NCBI RefSeq assembly: GCF_009914755.1
Contig: NC_060925.1
Source: the human T2T-CHM13v2.0 reference genome, Homo sapiens
Direction: 5' to 3' (one strand)
DNA: 64,000 bases
This document shows, piece by piece, positions 29,136 to 42,277 of the stretch (its first letter is position 1; each line of letters opens with the position of its first letter). The notes under the pieces are model-generated. The model had not been told where the DNA came from, searched no databases, and saw only the letters and a program-made list of their open reading frames with translations. A program made the position numbers and the translations under genes.

Positions 29136-30849
29136 GCCTGGGTGGTTGGAGCTGGGGAAAAGTGAGAGGGTAGGTTTGTGGGAGGGAAGGGTCACATCCT
29201 GACCATCTCAGTACCAGCTTGCAGGGCAAGTCCTTCATGCCAGGGCAGCAGGGAGCCATCGAAGGACTCTGAGCAGGACAGTAATGTGGCCTTACTTGCT
29301 TTTGAAAAAGCCCACTCTGACTGCAAGAGAGGTGTGGGGAGAGCAGTTAGGAGGTGCCAGTGGAGCAAGCACCCACACACGCTGTGGCGGAACTCTGTGA
29401 TGAGCACCCAGAGCAACTGGGACCAGTGGTGCAACTGTTGCCGAGGCCAGCTTGGTCATCTTCCTCTCAGCTGGAGAAGGACCTGTTTGGCTGGAGAATT
29501 GAGCAGGCGCAGAGAGAAGCACATGTGGCTGGTGTGAGTGTGGTTGAGGAGGTTGCTGTTCGTGCTGATGAGTCAGTGGCCTGTGCCCCATGCCAGTAAT
29601 GCCGGCTTCCTGGGATTGGGGCAAGGATTCAGAGAAGGGCGGGGGTGTGAGGGAGCAGGAGGGGGATACCCTGGGGAGGCTGTGGGTTGAGAAGCCCAGG
29701 CTGGCCTTAGTTCCTACCTCTACTTACACTCAGAAGGGCAAATTAGTTTCTGACTACTTACAGCCAGAGACGGTTTGGGAGCCTCTTCTCTACACTGAGG
29801 CTGGGCAGCCCAGGTTAACCCCTTTATGCCCTGCCTCCTCCTCAGCCCTCCTCCTCTGGGCCCTGGCACCTGGGGTGACCCAAGGCAGGACTGGGAGGCA
29901 GTTGAACTTGTTTCCTTCCTCCCTGAGGTGATCATATCGTTGGCTTCCAGCTCTCCCAGCCTGAGAATCCAGGGTCACTGTTGGTCCTGATGCCCTGCCC
30001 AGAAGCCAGTGCTCTTCTCCAGGCCTCCCCTCCCTAGCAGATCCCATCTCTGCCAGCTGGCTCCTCGGAGGGATGTAAATAACCAACCCAGATTAGCTGG
30101 CCTTTCCCTAAAGCCTTGGGCGTCATCAAAAGAATGAACAATGGTAGAATGCGAAGCATCCCGAGGGCCCAGGGTGGGAACCATGATTGGGCAGGTAGGG
30201 GCTGTTAAGGCTTCTCAGACCACAGCTCCAACACTCAGAAGGTCCAGACTCCAAGATGGGGTAGCCTTCTCTCAGGGCTTCCTGGAGCTGTGTGCTGAGG
30301 GTCCATGTGGGGGTGGGCGGAGTGGCTGTGCAGAAGGCCACGGATGTCAGCCCTTGGCTCAAGAGAGGGAGGTCAGGAGACTTCTGGCACCACTGTCTTC
30401 ACCAAATGCAGGGCCTCAAAGATCGGAGGGTGAGTCACTGGTTCAGACTTGGCGACTCCCCCGGTCCAATCAGAGGGTGGTGGGAGGTCTGAGGGAGAAC
30501 CCAGGGCAGCCTCTCTAGGGCAAGGGGATAGGGCCAGGGCTAAGGGAGCAGGTGCTTCTAGGGAGGTTCCATGAACAGTGGAAAAAAAGGACCGAGCCAG
30601 GCAGGAAAGATGACTCCATGAGCTGTCCCTTCCTTGGGTAAGGCAATGAGGAGTGGGTGGAGCTGAGGGCTTGCTGAGTAATGTCCTCATGGAGAATGGC
30701 CAAAAATAAGGAGGATGTGTGACCCTTGGGTGGCTCAAGGGCCTGTGAGGTCATGCTCCTGGCCTCCGCTTCTCCATTTTCTCAAGATAACAGGGTGCCC
30801 TCCTGATGCAAGCTCCTTAGTGACCCGAGAGAGGACTCTTTGGACTTGT

Positions 30850-31230
30850 ATTTGTTTATTCATTTAACAACCACTCAGGAGAAACAGGAGAGTGCTCTGG
30901 GGGTCCAGGGCTGGGACACTGATACACAAATGGTTAATTGCCATTTATCGGGTCAATGCCATTGCATGCAGAGGTCCGAGGACAGAGAGATGTAGGGGCA
31001 CAGAGAGAGGGGTTGGCTCTGCTGGGTCATGACAGGGAAGGCTTCACAGGGGAGGTGGCACTTCTTGAAGAAGGAGTAGTGACTGGCTGTGAGAGGAGAA
31101 TGGGAAAGGACATTGCAGACAAAGGTCAGGCAGCATCCCAGGGCCGGGGAAACTGAAGGAGGTGCAAGGGAGAAAGGACATGCAGAATGTGGTGGGAGCT
31201 GTGACAAATCATCAGCATGGCTGCTTAGAT
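30850..31230. mobile_element. L2 3' fragment
   Basis: ttattcatttaacaa...gggaaggcttcacaggggaggtggcactt...gggaaaggacattgcagac. Confidence 0.55.
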
Positions 31231-31319
31231 GGGGAGGCCAGCACAGCCTCTAGAGGGTTTGCCAGTCCACTCTTGGGTGAAGAAGGAGAGCAGATCTTGC
31301 TCTAGCATAAAGAGTGTGG

Positions 31320-31500
31320 GGCCTGGAATCATGAAAGCCTGCATTCGAGTCCAGGTTATACCGCCTAGCAGCTGCTGAGCTTGAGCTGGTCACTTAATAC
31401 CCCTAAGCCTTGATTTCCTATCTGTGCAGTGGGGATTCACTGTGACTGAGGTTTCTATAAGCAGATGTGACACTGCTTTGCAAGCTGTAAACAGCTCTGC
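31320..31500 (+). mobile_element. MIR
   Basis: ctggaatca...cctgcattcgagtcc...cacttaa...cctaagccttgatttcctatctgt. Confidence 0.6.
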
Positions 31501-32149
31501 AAACTTGAGGCATCACTAGGGTAGCACTTTAGCAGCAGCTACTTCTGTTTTGACCTTTTTGGGGTACCATTTCCTGGGGAATGGCCACAGAAGTCTGCTC
31601 TCACCCAGTCATCAGGGGGTGATGTTTTCTGACCTTTTCGCTAGGCTCTATGGGGTCATTTTGTTTGGGACCTGCTGCTGCTGCCCAAGGCCTTGGGGCC
31701 TGCTGCAGTGAGCTTGGAGACAAGGGGTCCACAGGCTGAATTGAGCCCTGAGGCTGGACAGTGAGGCACGAGAGGGTAGGGGCAGTGGACCCACAGTGGG
31801 ACAGGGACCCTGAGGCAAAACAGAACACTCGGGCAGCAGGTGAGTGAGGCTGGACAGAGAAAGGGATTGAGTGAAAACTAGAAGAGTGAGGTGGACGGAG
31901 GTCCCTGATCTTGGCAAGGAAGTCTGCTGCCTTCACCCCCACTGCCTCACACCCCCTGTTCTCAGCATCTTCAACTTTGGGGCTGCCTGAGAAGGCAAGC
32001 GCAGAAGCGGAGGAAGGAAGGGCTTTTTAGCTCCACGGGCCTGTGGACGCCTCCATTCCGGCCTGCCCACCCCATATCATGGCAGCAACTCCAACTCCCT
32101 CTGACCCCCAGGGTCACCCTGGCTCAGCCTGGGCAGTGTCCCCAGTGGT

Positions 32150-32450
32150 CTGTGACTCAGCAGTTCTTGGCCAGAGGGTGGAGCCCCAGCTGGCTGCTGA
32201 ACTCTGGTCTCCACAGGGCTGAGGCTTCGCTCGGGGCCTGGAGGTCCTCAGCACCCGGCCCGGCTCCTGCACCCTCTCCAAGCCTCTCATCCGCTCCAGT
32301 GGTCTTGGAGGTCCCTCTGTCCACAACACCGTGGTGCCAGGACGGGGCTGTGCTCAGTGACTCAGCCTGGCCCTCTTATTTGCACTGAGTAGGTGCCACA
32401 AATATTTGTTGAATGGAATTCTTGCCTCTCATTTGGGATTTTCCACTGCA
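32150..32450. promoter_or_regulatory. Candidate enhancer (ARE, AP-1, NF-kB)
   Basis: GTGACTCAGCA 32152-32162, TGACTCA ~32358, GGGATTTTCC 32435-32444. Confidence 0.35.
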
Positions 32451-32849
32451 GCCAAACAGTTGCTCCCAGCCCTGCCAAGGGCTTAGCCTGGTTCTGCATT
32501 TGCCCTACACGCACGCACACCGTAACGTCTCTTCCCCACCACACCTTACTCCTCCTCACAAGCACCCCTGCAAATTGCTCCTCAGAACCACTGCCTCCCC
32601 CAGCGTGTGCTTACAGGACTCTGCCTTCTCTTTCCTCATTGTTTTCCTTCTTCTATGCATGTCTTAGCAGGGGTGACCAAGGAAAACAGGCCCCGAAGCA
32701 GAATCAGTCATGGGGACCTGTTTGTGTGTGCTTGCGTGCAGAAGAAGAGCCGCCTGTTGTAGGCAGGGCAGGGAGGGAAGGTTAGGCTTATACACTGCAG
32801 GAGACCAGACTTTGGTGTGAGGATGAGGATAAACAGGTCTGCTATAGGT

Positions 32850-32943
32850 CAGGTGACCACACATCCTGGTTACCCGTTGCAGGTCTGGCTTTTGCCTCTT
32901 GTTCTAATTATTTAATAGCACCATAAACTATATGGCCACTCTA
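32850..32943 (-). mobile_element. MER94-like hAT-Blackjack MITE
   Basis: Termini aggtgaccacacatcc... / ...tatatggccactcta resemble the AGGGTGACCA TIR. Confidence 0.5.
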
Positions 32944-33308
32944 CTCAGAGGGGCTGCCACAGACCCCTAGGGCCTAGGGAACTAAGCTCGTGTTGTGCCT
33001 CCAGGACTCGGCAGGGCAACTCAGCCAGGTCTGTGCCTTTCCCTTCCACCTCATGCACCCAGGGGAAGCATCACTGTGTTGACTGAAACAGAGTTTCAAG
33101 GTTGAGACAGGTTCATCAGGTACACAGGTAACAGGACAGCCCCTGGTGTAACTGTAGCGTGAATTGCAAGGGCATAGGAGCATCCAAGAAGGTCAGGTAA
33201 GGGCTTTGCAAGCCATAAAGTTCCCAGATATTCATAACAGCTAACCCTTACAGTTACTTAACATACTGCTAAACAACCCCATGATGGGGAGCCTATTATT
33301 ACCTCAAT

Positions 33309-33602
33309 TTTTTTTTTTTTGAGACAGAGTTTCGCTCCTGTTGCCTAGGCTGGAGGACAATGGTGTGATCTTGGCTCACTGCAATCTCCGCCTCTTGGGT
33401 TCAAGCAATTCTCCTGCCTCAACCTCCCAAGTAGTGGGATTACAGGCGCCTGCCACCACACCCAGCTGATTTTTGTATTTTTAGTAGAGACGGGGTTTCA
33501 CCACATTGGCCAGGTTGGTCTTGAACTCCTGACCTCAGGTGATCCACCCACCTCGGCCTCCCAAAGTGCTGGGATTACAGGTATAAACCACCGTGCCCGG
33601 CC
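33309..33602 (-). mobile_element. Alu (AluS-like) inserted in a MIR
   Basis: Alu consensus; TSD ~CCTCAATTTT; MIR text continues (tttacagatgcagaaacaggcagagagaggtta). Confidence 0.95.
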
Positions 33603-34299
33603 TGCCTCAATTTTACAGATGCAGAAACAGGCAGAGAGAGGTTATGGGATTTGACAAAAGTCACACAGTTAGTAAGTGTCAGAGCCAGCTTTGAAATCCA
33701 GGCAGTCTGTCTCCAGAACCACGCTTTTAACTGCCATGTCACAGTGTTTCATGTCCAATACTTCAATTATGAATATATCTGCCAAGAGGATTTTGTGAGA
33801 ACTAAATAAGGCCAAATATATCAGGTGGCTTTGTAAACTAGAGTCATTTTTGCAAACATGAACCAATTGTAAAGGATTTAAGAAATAGTCAAATTGTGTC
33901 ACACTGTGGAGATAATGAAAGTATTTGCAAACTTCTCCTGAATCTGGTGTTTCAAAACTAACCATAAACTGAGATTATGAAAATGTCCCCTTCTTTCCTT
34001 CCTTTTCAGATGAATACATTGTAATGGAATTATTTTGATGGTTGGTGTTAGATTCTATTTTTATGATCAGTATCATGACAAGTCCAGTCAACTCTATTCT
34101 AAGGTGCCTCTTATATAGAACTCCTCTTTCCTGTCTTTAGGGTGTTATCCACAGCCAAGTCTTCACATCACACCTAAATCACACAACAGCTTCCTCCCCA
34201 TCACTCTGCTTTGGGCCACTCTCATCTCACATCCATCCTTTCCAAAGCAGCTTGAAAATACAACATGGTTTCCCCATTCCAAGGAACCCAGAAAAGGCC

Positions 34300-34440
34300 T
34301 GCAATATACCCAATGAGAAAATGCAGGAAATAGAAATAGTAGGATTACGGGGGAAAGAACTGGCAGATGGTATAATTGCATACCTAGAAAACCCAAGAGA
34401 ATTCACTGGAAGGCAAATATAACTAGAGTTTTTTAGGTAG
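34300..34440 (+). mobile_element. Small ancient L1 ORF2 (RT) fragment
   Basis: gcagatggtataattgcatacctagaaaaccca resembles L1 [11 protein letters not shown]. Confidence 0.55.
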
Positions 34441-35189
34441 CTTAAAAGTAACAACCAACATTTATGCAAAACACAACCCATGCCAGGGTCTGTCCTAAGC
34501 ACTCTACATGCATCACTGAGTTCCCTTCCACTACTATTGTCCTCATTTTGTAAACAAGGAAACCAAGGCACAGGGAAGTTCGGTGGCTTGCCCAAGACCC
34601 AGGCAGTTCACCTCCTGTGTCTGCTTTCTTAGCTACTCTGCTATCAATAGCTTTCCTGTGTGCCAGCAATGACTTCTCACAGAATCTACTAGGAGAAAAA
34701 GAGGCAGCCATAACTGCTTTCAGAGGTACTGGCATTTCACTTACTACCTCACTTTACCACCTGTGTCCCTCAGCAGCTATGATTGTGGCCAGAGTCCCAT
34801 GAAGCCTCTCACAAAGTAGTCATCAGTGTCTGGCCCTTATATCACTAACAACAGGGGTCCCAGGCTTGGGCTAGGGGTCAAATGGAAAGAAACATGGCAA
34901 TACCCCATCATGAGGCTTGTCCCTCCCCTTGCAGGAGCACATTTTGTCCACAGCAGCCTGTTTTACAGGGAGCAACTCTGTCTTTAACAGATACAGCAGA
35001 AATCTTCTAAAAATCACAGCTCCATTTCAGGACAGGACTTTTGGTTTACATTTCTGTAACTAAAAGGCCCATTTGGGGAGTTTTTCCTGAATAAAAGGAC
35101 AGAGTTCCCCAAATGAGTACTGCAGCTTCCACTTCTTATCAGAAGGAAACTCACTGCAGCTGTGCTGGCCGGGCCCCAGGCACAGCCGT

Positions 35190-35432
35190 GGTGGCTGCCC
35201 AACACGTGAAACCCGAAGAAGATGCGGATGGCGCCATCTTGGTTTGCTATGGAGCACGTGAATTACAGTTTTCTTCATCATTTTGAAATTTTTCCAGAGC
35301 AGAAGCAATATTTCTTATCCCGTTAATCATTTCTAGGGCACCAAATAGCACTCTGAAAGGAACAGGGCACTAATTGGCTGGTTGACTAAGCTGCAGCCTA
35401 GGACCCTCCCTCCCGAAGAAGCGAGAGTAAGC
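35190..35432. promoter_or_regulatory. Candidate promoter/TSS module
   Basis: CACGTG at 35203 and 35255, palindromic GATGGCGCCATC (YY1 on both strands) at 35227-35238, X-box-like GTTTGCTATGGAGC, ATTGG ~35374, possible donor GTAAGC ~35427; local CpG retention. Confidence 0.45.
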
Positions 35433-35550
35433 AATATTTATCAAGCACCCTTTATATGTACACAGTGGGTAGGTACTTTCATAGGTCATCTTATTTAATC
35501 CCCACTGTAACCTTACGAAGAAAATGTTGTTACAATCACTTTAATTTTAA

Positions 35551-35847
35551 TTTTTTTTTTTTTTTGAGACAGGGTCTCACTCTGTCACCCAGGCTGGCAT
35601 GCAGTGGCATGATCTCGGCTCACTGCAACATCCCACTCCCAGGCTCAAGTGATCCTCCCACCTCAGCCTCCTGAGTAGCTGGGATTACAGGCACATGCAG
35701 CCATACCTGGCTAATTTTTGTGTTTTTAATAAAGACAGGGTTTCATCACACTGGCCAGGCTGGTCTTGAACTCCTGACCTCGAGTGAGTCACCCTCCTTG
35801 GCTTCCCAAAGTGCTGGGATTATAGGCATGAGCCACTGTGCCAGCCT
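35551..35847 (-). mobile_element. Alu (AluJ-like)
   Basis: Alu consensus with poly-T, inside MIR-like sequence. Confidence 0.93.
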
Positions 35848-37942
35848 GTTATACTCACTTTAGATGTGAAGAGACTGAGGTCCCAAGTGGGTAAGGAACG
35901 CTTAGTACATACATAGTGTGGCTCAGGCTTGAATCCAAAACCCATGGTCTTTCAATCCTTATAGTTCATCTGTATAGACTTGGTGAAAAGGCCTAACGTG
36001 GGTAGAATGTGAGTGCCTCAAGAATGACAGCAAGGCAGCCATGGTGGGACACTCCTGCACAGGATGAGAGAATTCCAAGGTGGTGGGACTCTGGGGTAGG
36101 GGGCTAGGGAGAGAGGTAGGACTTCTAAAGACTGATGACAGCCTCTGGGATGTCACTCGCAGGAGGGTGCCCATCAGACTGAGCTTGTACAGAATGCTCT
36201 TTCGGTGGTCTGAGCCTAGCAAGGCCTGCCCGCCTGCCGGCTCCAAGTCTTCTCTGCCCTGAGCCTGTCTGCAGGATGAGACAGCATATGGGGACATGGA
36301 CCAGTGGCTTTCCCAGCCCAGGACCTTTGCTGCTCCTCAGGACTGAGCCGAACCACAGCTCTTCTCACTTGGGCCAAGTTAAATGCCAGGGCTGTTGATA
36401 CAGTAAACAGGAAAAAGGGCATTTGGATTTGGTCCCTGAGGCTGGGCCTGAGGGGTCAGGCTGCCCTCCATGAGGAACAGGACATGGTAGGGACTCGGTT
36501 GCCGCTTCTCTCTTCTACTGTCCCAGCTGTCTCTGTTTTTTAGGCAACTTTCTGTGGCTTTTTCAAGAGTGGAGATTTGGCTGGAGCAGGATTAGGTAAG
36601 AAAAGAGGGAACGGAGAGAGATGGGTGGTGGGACTGGAGGTAAGGACGGAAAGGATGGAGTTGGCCATGGAGGGAGGGGCCTAAGCCACTAGAGCAGCAT
36701 CTACTGAGTTCTTACCTTGTGCTAGTAATGGTGCTGAGCACTTCATGGACACCATTTCTCTGAATCCTCGGAGCCACTTAAGGGTTAGGCACTCTTATTA
36801 CCCCATTGCATTGATAGGGAAGCTGAGCTTAGCAGACACCTGGACCCAGATCTGTCTGACTCCCAAGCCAGCGATCCTGTCCACTACATTGTGGAGGGGC
36901 AGGGGATGGGGCGGGTGTGGGGAGGGGTTGAAGAGAGACACTGAGAGAGCCCAGGGAACTCGGGCAGGGAAGGCTGGCCCAGAGTTGAGATCATTGCAGT
37001 CCTGGGCTCCCCCTTCCTGTGGCTCCCTCGTTGCCACCCCAACTGCACACGCTCCTGATTGGCAGGCCTGTCTCTTTTAGGAAGCCTCCTGCTACACGCT
37101 TTCCCTGAGAAAAACCTCCTCTCTGGAAGGGGCCTGAGGTGAAAATGATTCAGAAGGCAGCTGAGGAGTTCTGGAAAGAGCCCCAAAGACCAGGCTCTGA
37201 GGCCTCCCTGGGCCACTTACTAACTAAATGGGAGAAGATTACTTGAGAAAAAGCCTAGAACAGTGCCCAGCATGGTAGGTGCTCATTTAAATTTTTATCT
37301 GTAAAAGCAGAGATCATATCCCTACCTCAGTCTGTGATCAGGTTGGGCAGGTATTCTGCATGTGAAAGTTCTTAGGAAACTGTAAAGTTATTTAATTGTA
37401 AGCGTATTAGTATGATCTCAGGAATGTGTGTATTTTATGAGAGAGCTAAGTGTCAAGCCAAGGGATGAGTTGACTGGCTGGGAAGTTTTTTTGGGCACAG
37501 AAAGTCCCCGCTGGTTCTCCAGAAACAACCTGAAATCCCACAACTTGTCTCCAGCTGCCCCCTATGAGGCTGGAAGCCAAGCTGAGCTGGTACAAAACCC
37601 TCAAGAGGAACCCTAAGGCTCGAGGCCATGGAGCTTCAGAGAATTTCTCAAGGAGAAGAAAGTTGTCTTCAGATGTTACAACTTAGCTTTAGATGGCAAG
37701 GAGGCTGTTTCCTCAGAGAGGGGCTCGCTGTGATTGCACAGGGACCATGGCCAGGCAGTAGTGCCACAGCTCTGCAAACTGGCTCCATAGACCAGAAGAC
37801 AGACAGAAGACAGGTACACAGATGGGAGTGCAATGCAAAGGGGCTGTGGGTTGCATACTGCAGCTGGAAGACACAGCTTTTTGGATTTCCCTGAATTCCT
37901 GCCAGGCACTTTTCTCCCGGACGACCTTCCTGATGGCACTAA

Positions 37943-38423
<481 letters not shown>

Positions 38424-38429
38424 TAAAAA

Positions 38430-39240
<811 letters not shown>

Positions 39241-39449
39241 CATTTGCATGTGTGTACACATATGCATAAAAGTATGGGCACATATTCAAGTGTGGTATAT
39301 ACATACGCCTCCACTGAGGGTAGACCCAGGCATAACCTGCCTTGGTGTATACCTCAGAGCAAAGTAACTCTGTAAAGCAATCACATATTCATGAAATAAT
39401 GTCAGGTTTTAAAAACTTTTATCAAATCAACAGAGCATTTAAATGCAAT

Positions 39450-40444
39450 TGAAACCGCCTTTGCAAAATTATGACTGAGACAGTGAAAGAGATCTAACCT
39501 TACTGACTCCATCTTGCTTCTAGCCTCAAAGCTGCCCTTGTAGGCTGGGTGTACGCTGAACTAATTTGGGGGGAAACTTAGTTTATAGTTTAAATAAAGA
39601 TGGTAACAGCCCTTTCCCAAAGCAGGCCTCCTTCTTGCCTGGGGACTAGATTGCCTTTGTAGGACTAACATTACCTGCAAGATTAGAAATTATGGTTTAG
39701 GAGTCATGCAGCTGGAGACTTCAAGATTCCGATCCTCCCTAAACTGCTCCTAAGATCATTGCTTGAGATATTTTGTAGACCCTGCGCTTGATGAATCAGC
39801 TGGCACCACCCAGATCAGTAAACTGGTTCATCTGATCTTGTAGCCCCCACCCAGGAACTGACTCAGTGCAAGAAGACAGGTCCGACTCCCTATTATTTCT
39901 TTCTTTCTTTCTTTTTTTTTTTTTTGAGACAGGGTCTCACACTGTTGGCCAGGCTGGAGTGCAGTGGTGCGATCTTGGCTCACTGCAACCTCCACCTCCA
40001 TATTCAAGCGATTCTCCTGCCTCAGCCTCCCGAGTAGCTGGGATTACAGGTGGCTGCCACCACGCCCGGCTAAGTTTTATTATTTTTAATAAAGATGGGG
40101 TTTCACTATGTTGGCCAGGCTGGTCTTGAACTCCTGACCTCGTGATCCACCTGCCTCAGCCTCCCAAAGTGCTGGGATTATAGGTGTGGGCCACTGCACC
40201 TGGCCTGTAATTTCATCTCTGACCAATCAGCACTCCTGGCTCACTGGCTTCCCCTCACCCACCAAGTTATCCTTAAAAACTCTGCTCCCTGAATGCTCAG
40301 GGAGACTGATTTGAGTAATAATAAAACTCCCGTCTGCAGCACAGCAGCTCTGCATGAATTACTCTTTCACTGTTGCAATTCCCCTGTCTCAATGAATCAG
40401 CTCTGTCTAGGCAGCGGGCAAGGTGAACCCCTTGGGCGGTTACA
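39450..40444 (+). repeat. 5' LTR (LTR8-like), contains an Alu
   Basis: TGAAACCGCCTTTGCAAAATTATGACTGAG...GGGCGGTTACA. Confidence 0.9.
39896..40205 (-). mobile_element. Alu inserted in the 5' LTR only
   Basis: Alu consensus; absent from the homologous 3' LTR position (gactccctatgatttcatctctg). Confidence 0.95.
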
Positions 40445-40448
40445 AATT

Positions 40449-40466
40449 TGGGGGCTCGTCTGGGAT
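40449..40466 (+). other. Primer-binding site, tRNA-Pro
   Basis: TGGGGGCTCGTCTGGGAT, one mismatch to TGGGGGCTCGTCCGGGAT, 4 nt after the 5' LTR. Confidence 0.9.
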
Positions 40467-42000
40467 TGCCCTTGTGGCTACTTGCCCATGGTTCAGTGGC
40501 CTCCTCCCCCAGCGATGAATCCAGAAGTCAGCCCAAGCGGCAGCCTGGTTCTCTTGGACTGGGGGCTGACTCTGGTATTTCTCTACTGGCAGGGCACTGC
40601 CGACCCGATGTGCATGGATTTAATTGCAGTGGAGAAAGAGTCCTAGGGAGACACCACTTAATTGTAGCCCTATCACAGGGCGTCTGTCTGTAGCCCCATG
40701 GTGGGATGTCTGTAGCCCCATTGTGGGCTGTCTGGATTGGTAAGTATCCTAGGCACTGCCAATGGCTTCTTCCTTCTCCTGACTGGTTATGTAGCCCTAT
40801 GGTGGTGTGTCTGTAGCACCATTGCAGGGTGTCTGTTCAGCTCCTGTGGGGGTCTCAGTTGGCTCTTTCTAACTAGTCACACAGCTCCGAAGGTCTAATA
40901 GGAAGAGTCCTGGTTTGGGAGACTTGTCTTCAATCAGGAAGATTTCGAGGAGTTTTCTCAGAAGGAGACTAGGAGAATAGTTTGGGAGGGATACTCTTGG
41001 AGTTCTTGGTTAGGGATCTGATTTAGAAGGCCTTCTGTCTTTGCATGTGTTCGTATATTTGGAAGGAATCTCAGAGAGGTTGCTGATGGAAGTCCAGCAG
41101 GCCTAACTCAGAGAACCCTCCTTATTTGTCTGGTCACATTCGATGAGCTCTAAAGAAGGCTCAACAGGCCTGTCTCAGGGGGTGAATATCTGCTCTTCCC
41201 ATTGCTCAGATACCCCGTTGTGAATTACCATTTGGAGGTAGTCCGTCCCCACCTGGAGTGGATCAAAGACAACAGAGGCCAACGGGGAAAAAGTTTGAGC
41301 TTTGCCAGGCTGATATTGGCTGCTGAATAAGGTGACTAATGTCTGTTTTGTTATGTGTATTTTGCTGGGATGGAAAATGTTAATTTGGTTTCCCATGCAG
41401 CCCGTCAGGCAGCATCTTGCAAATAAAGAATCTTGTCTTACAGGGTGATTTTCTCTTGTAAAATGGCTTGAACCCCAAAGCTATAGCACAAGCAAGCAGG
41501 GTCATCAGAAGCCACTCCATTCTTCTGGAAGCTGCAGGGAAAGGGAACCCAGAAACCAGGTATGACAGCAAAAAGGGTAAAAAATTCTTACCGGCCAAGT
41601 TTCTGATCTGTCTTGCTTTCTCTGTCTGAATAAACGGTAAACTATTTGTCTCCTCTGCAAGGGTTTGATTAACAGAAAAAAGGATTTGTGAGACTAGTCT
41701 TAAGCTGTAAAAATCTGGTGTGCTTTGTGCTAAGAATTTGTCTTTCTGTGTTCTGTAATGGAGAGAGGGGTATCACAGGATAGAACATGGGTTTAGGACC
41801 CCTAAGCCTGCTTTTAAAGTCAGCTTGGCAGGCTGGTCAGTTATAAACTTTGCTATGGGTCCCTGAAACCAATACGGTATGAAATTTCTCTGTTTTGTTT
41901 TGTGTCCTTAAGAGTTTAACCTTATGACCATGGGAGATACTTTCTTTTGGTTTCTACCACCCAGACGACAGGAATTTTGGGGTTCATGTCATAATCCTAA

Positions 42001-42277
42001 TTTTTTTTTTTTTTTTTTTTTGAGATGGAGTCTTGCTCCCATTACGAGGGCTGGAGTGCAGTGGTGCAATCTCAGCTGAATGCAACCTCTGCCTCCCGGG
42101 GGTATTCCTTCCTCAGCCTCCCCAGCAGCTGGGATTACAATTTTTGTATTTTTAGTAGAGACAGTGTTTCACCATGTTGGCCAGGCCGGTATCGAACTCC
42201 TGACCTCAAGTGATCCACCCGCCTCAGCCTCCCAAAGTGCTAGGATTACAGACAGGCGTGAGCCACTGTGCCCAGCC
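42001..42277 (-). mobile_element. Alu (deleted) inside ERV internal region
   Basis: Poly-T plus Alu with internal deletions. Confidence 0.9.

Noticed and set aside
40660-40840. CRISPR-like repeat array
   Set aside because: Degenerate head-to-tail units without unique spacers, inside an ERV in primate DNA; no cas genes
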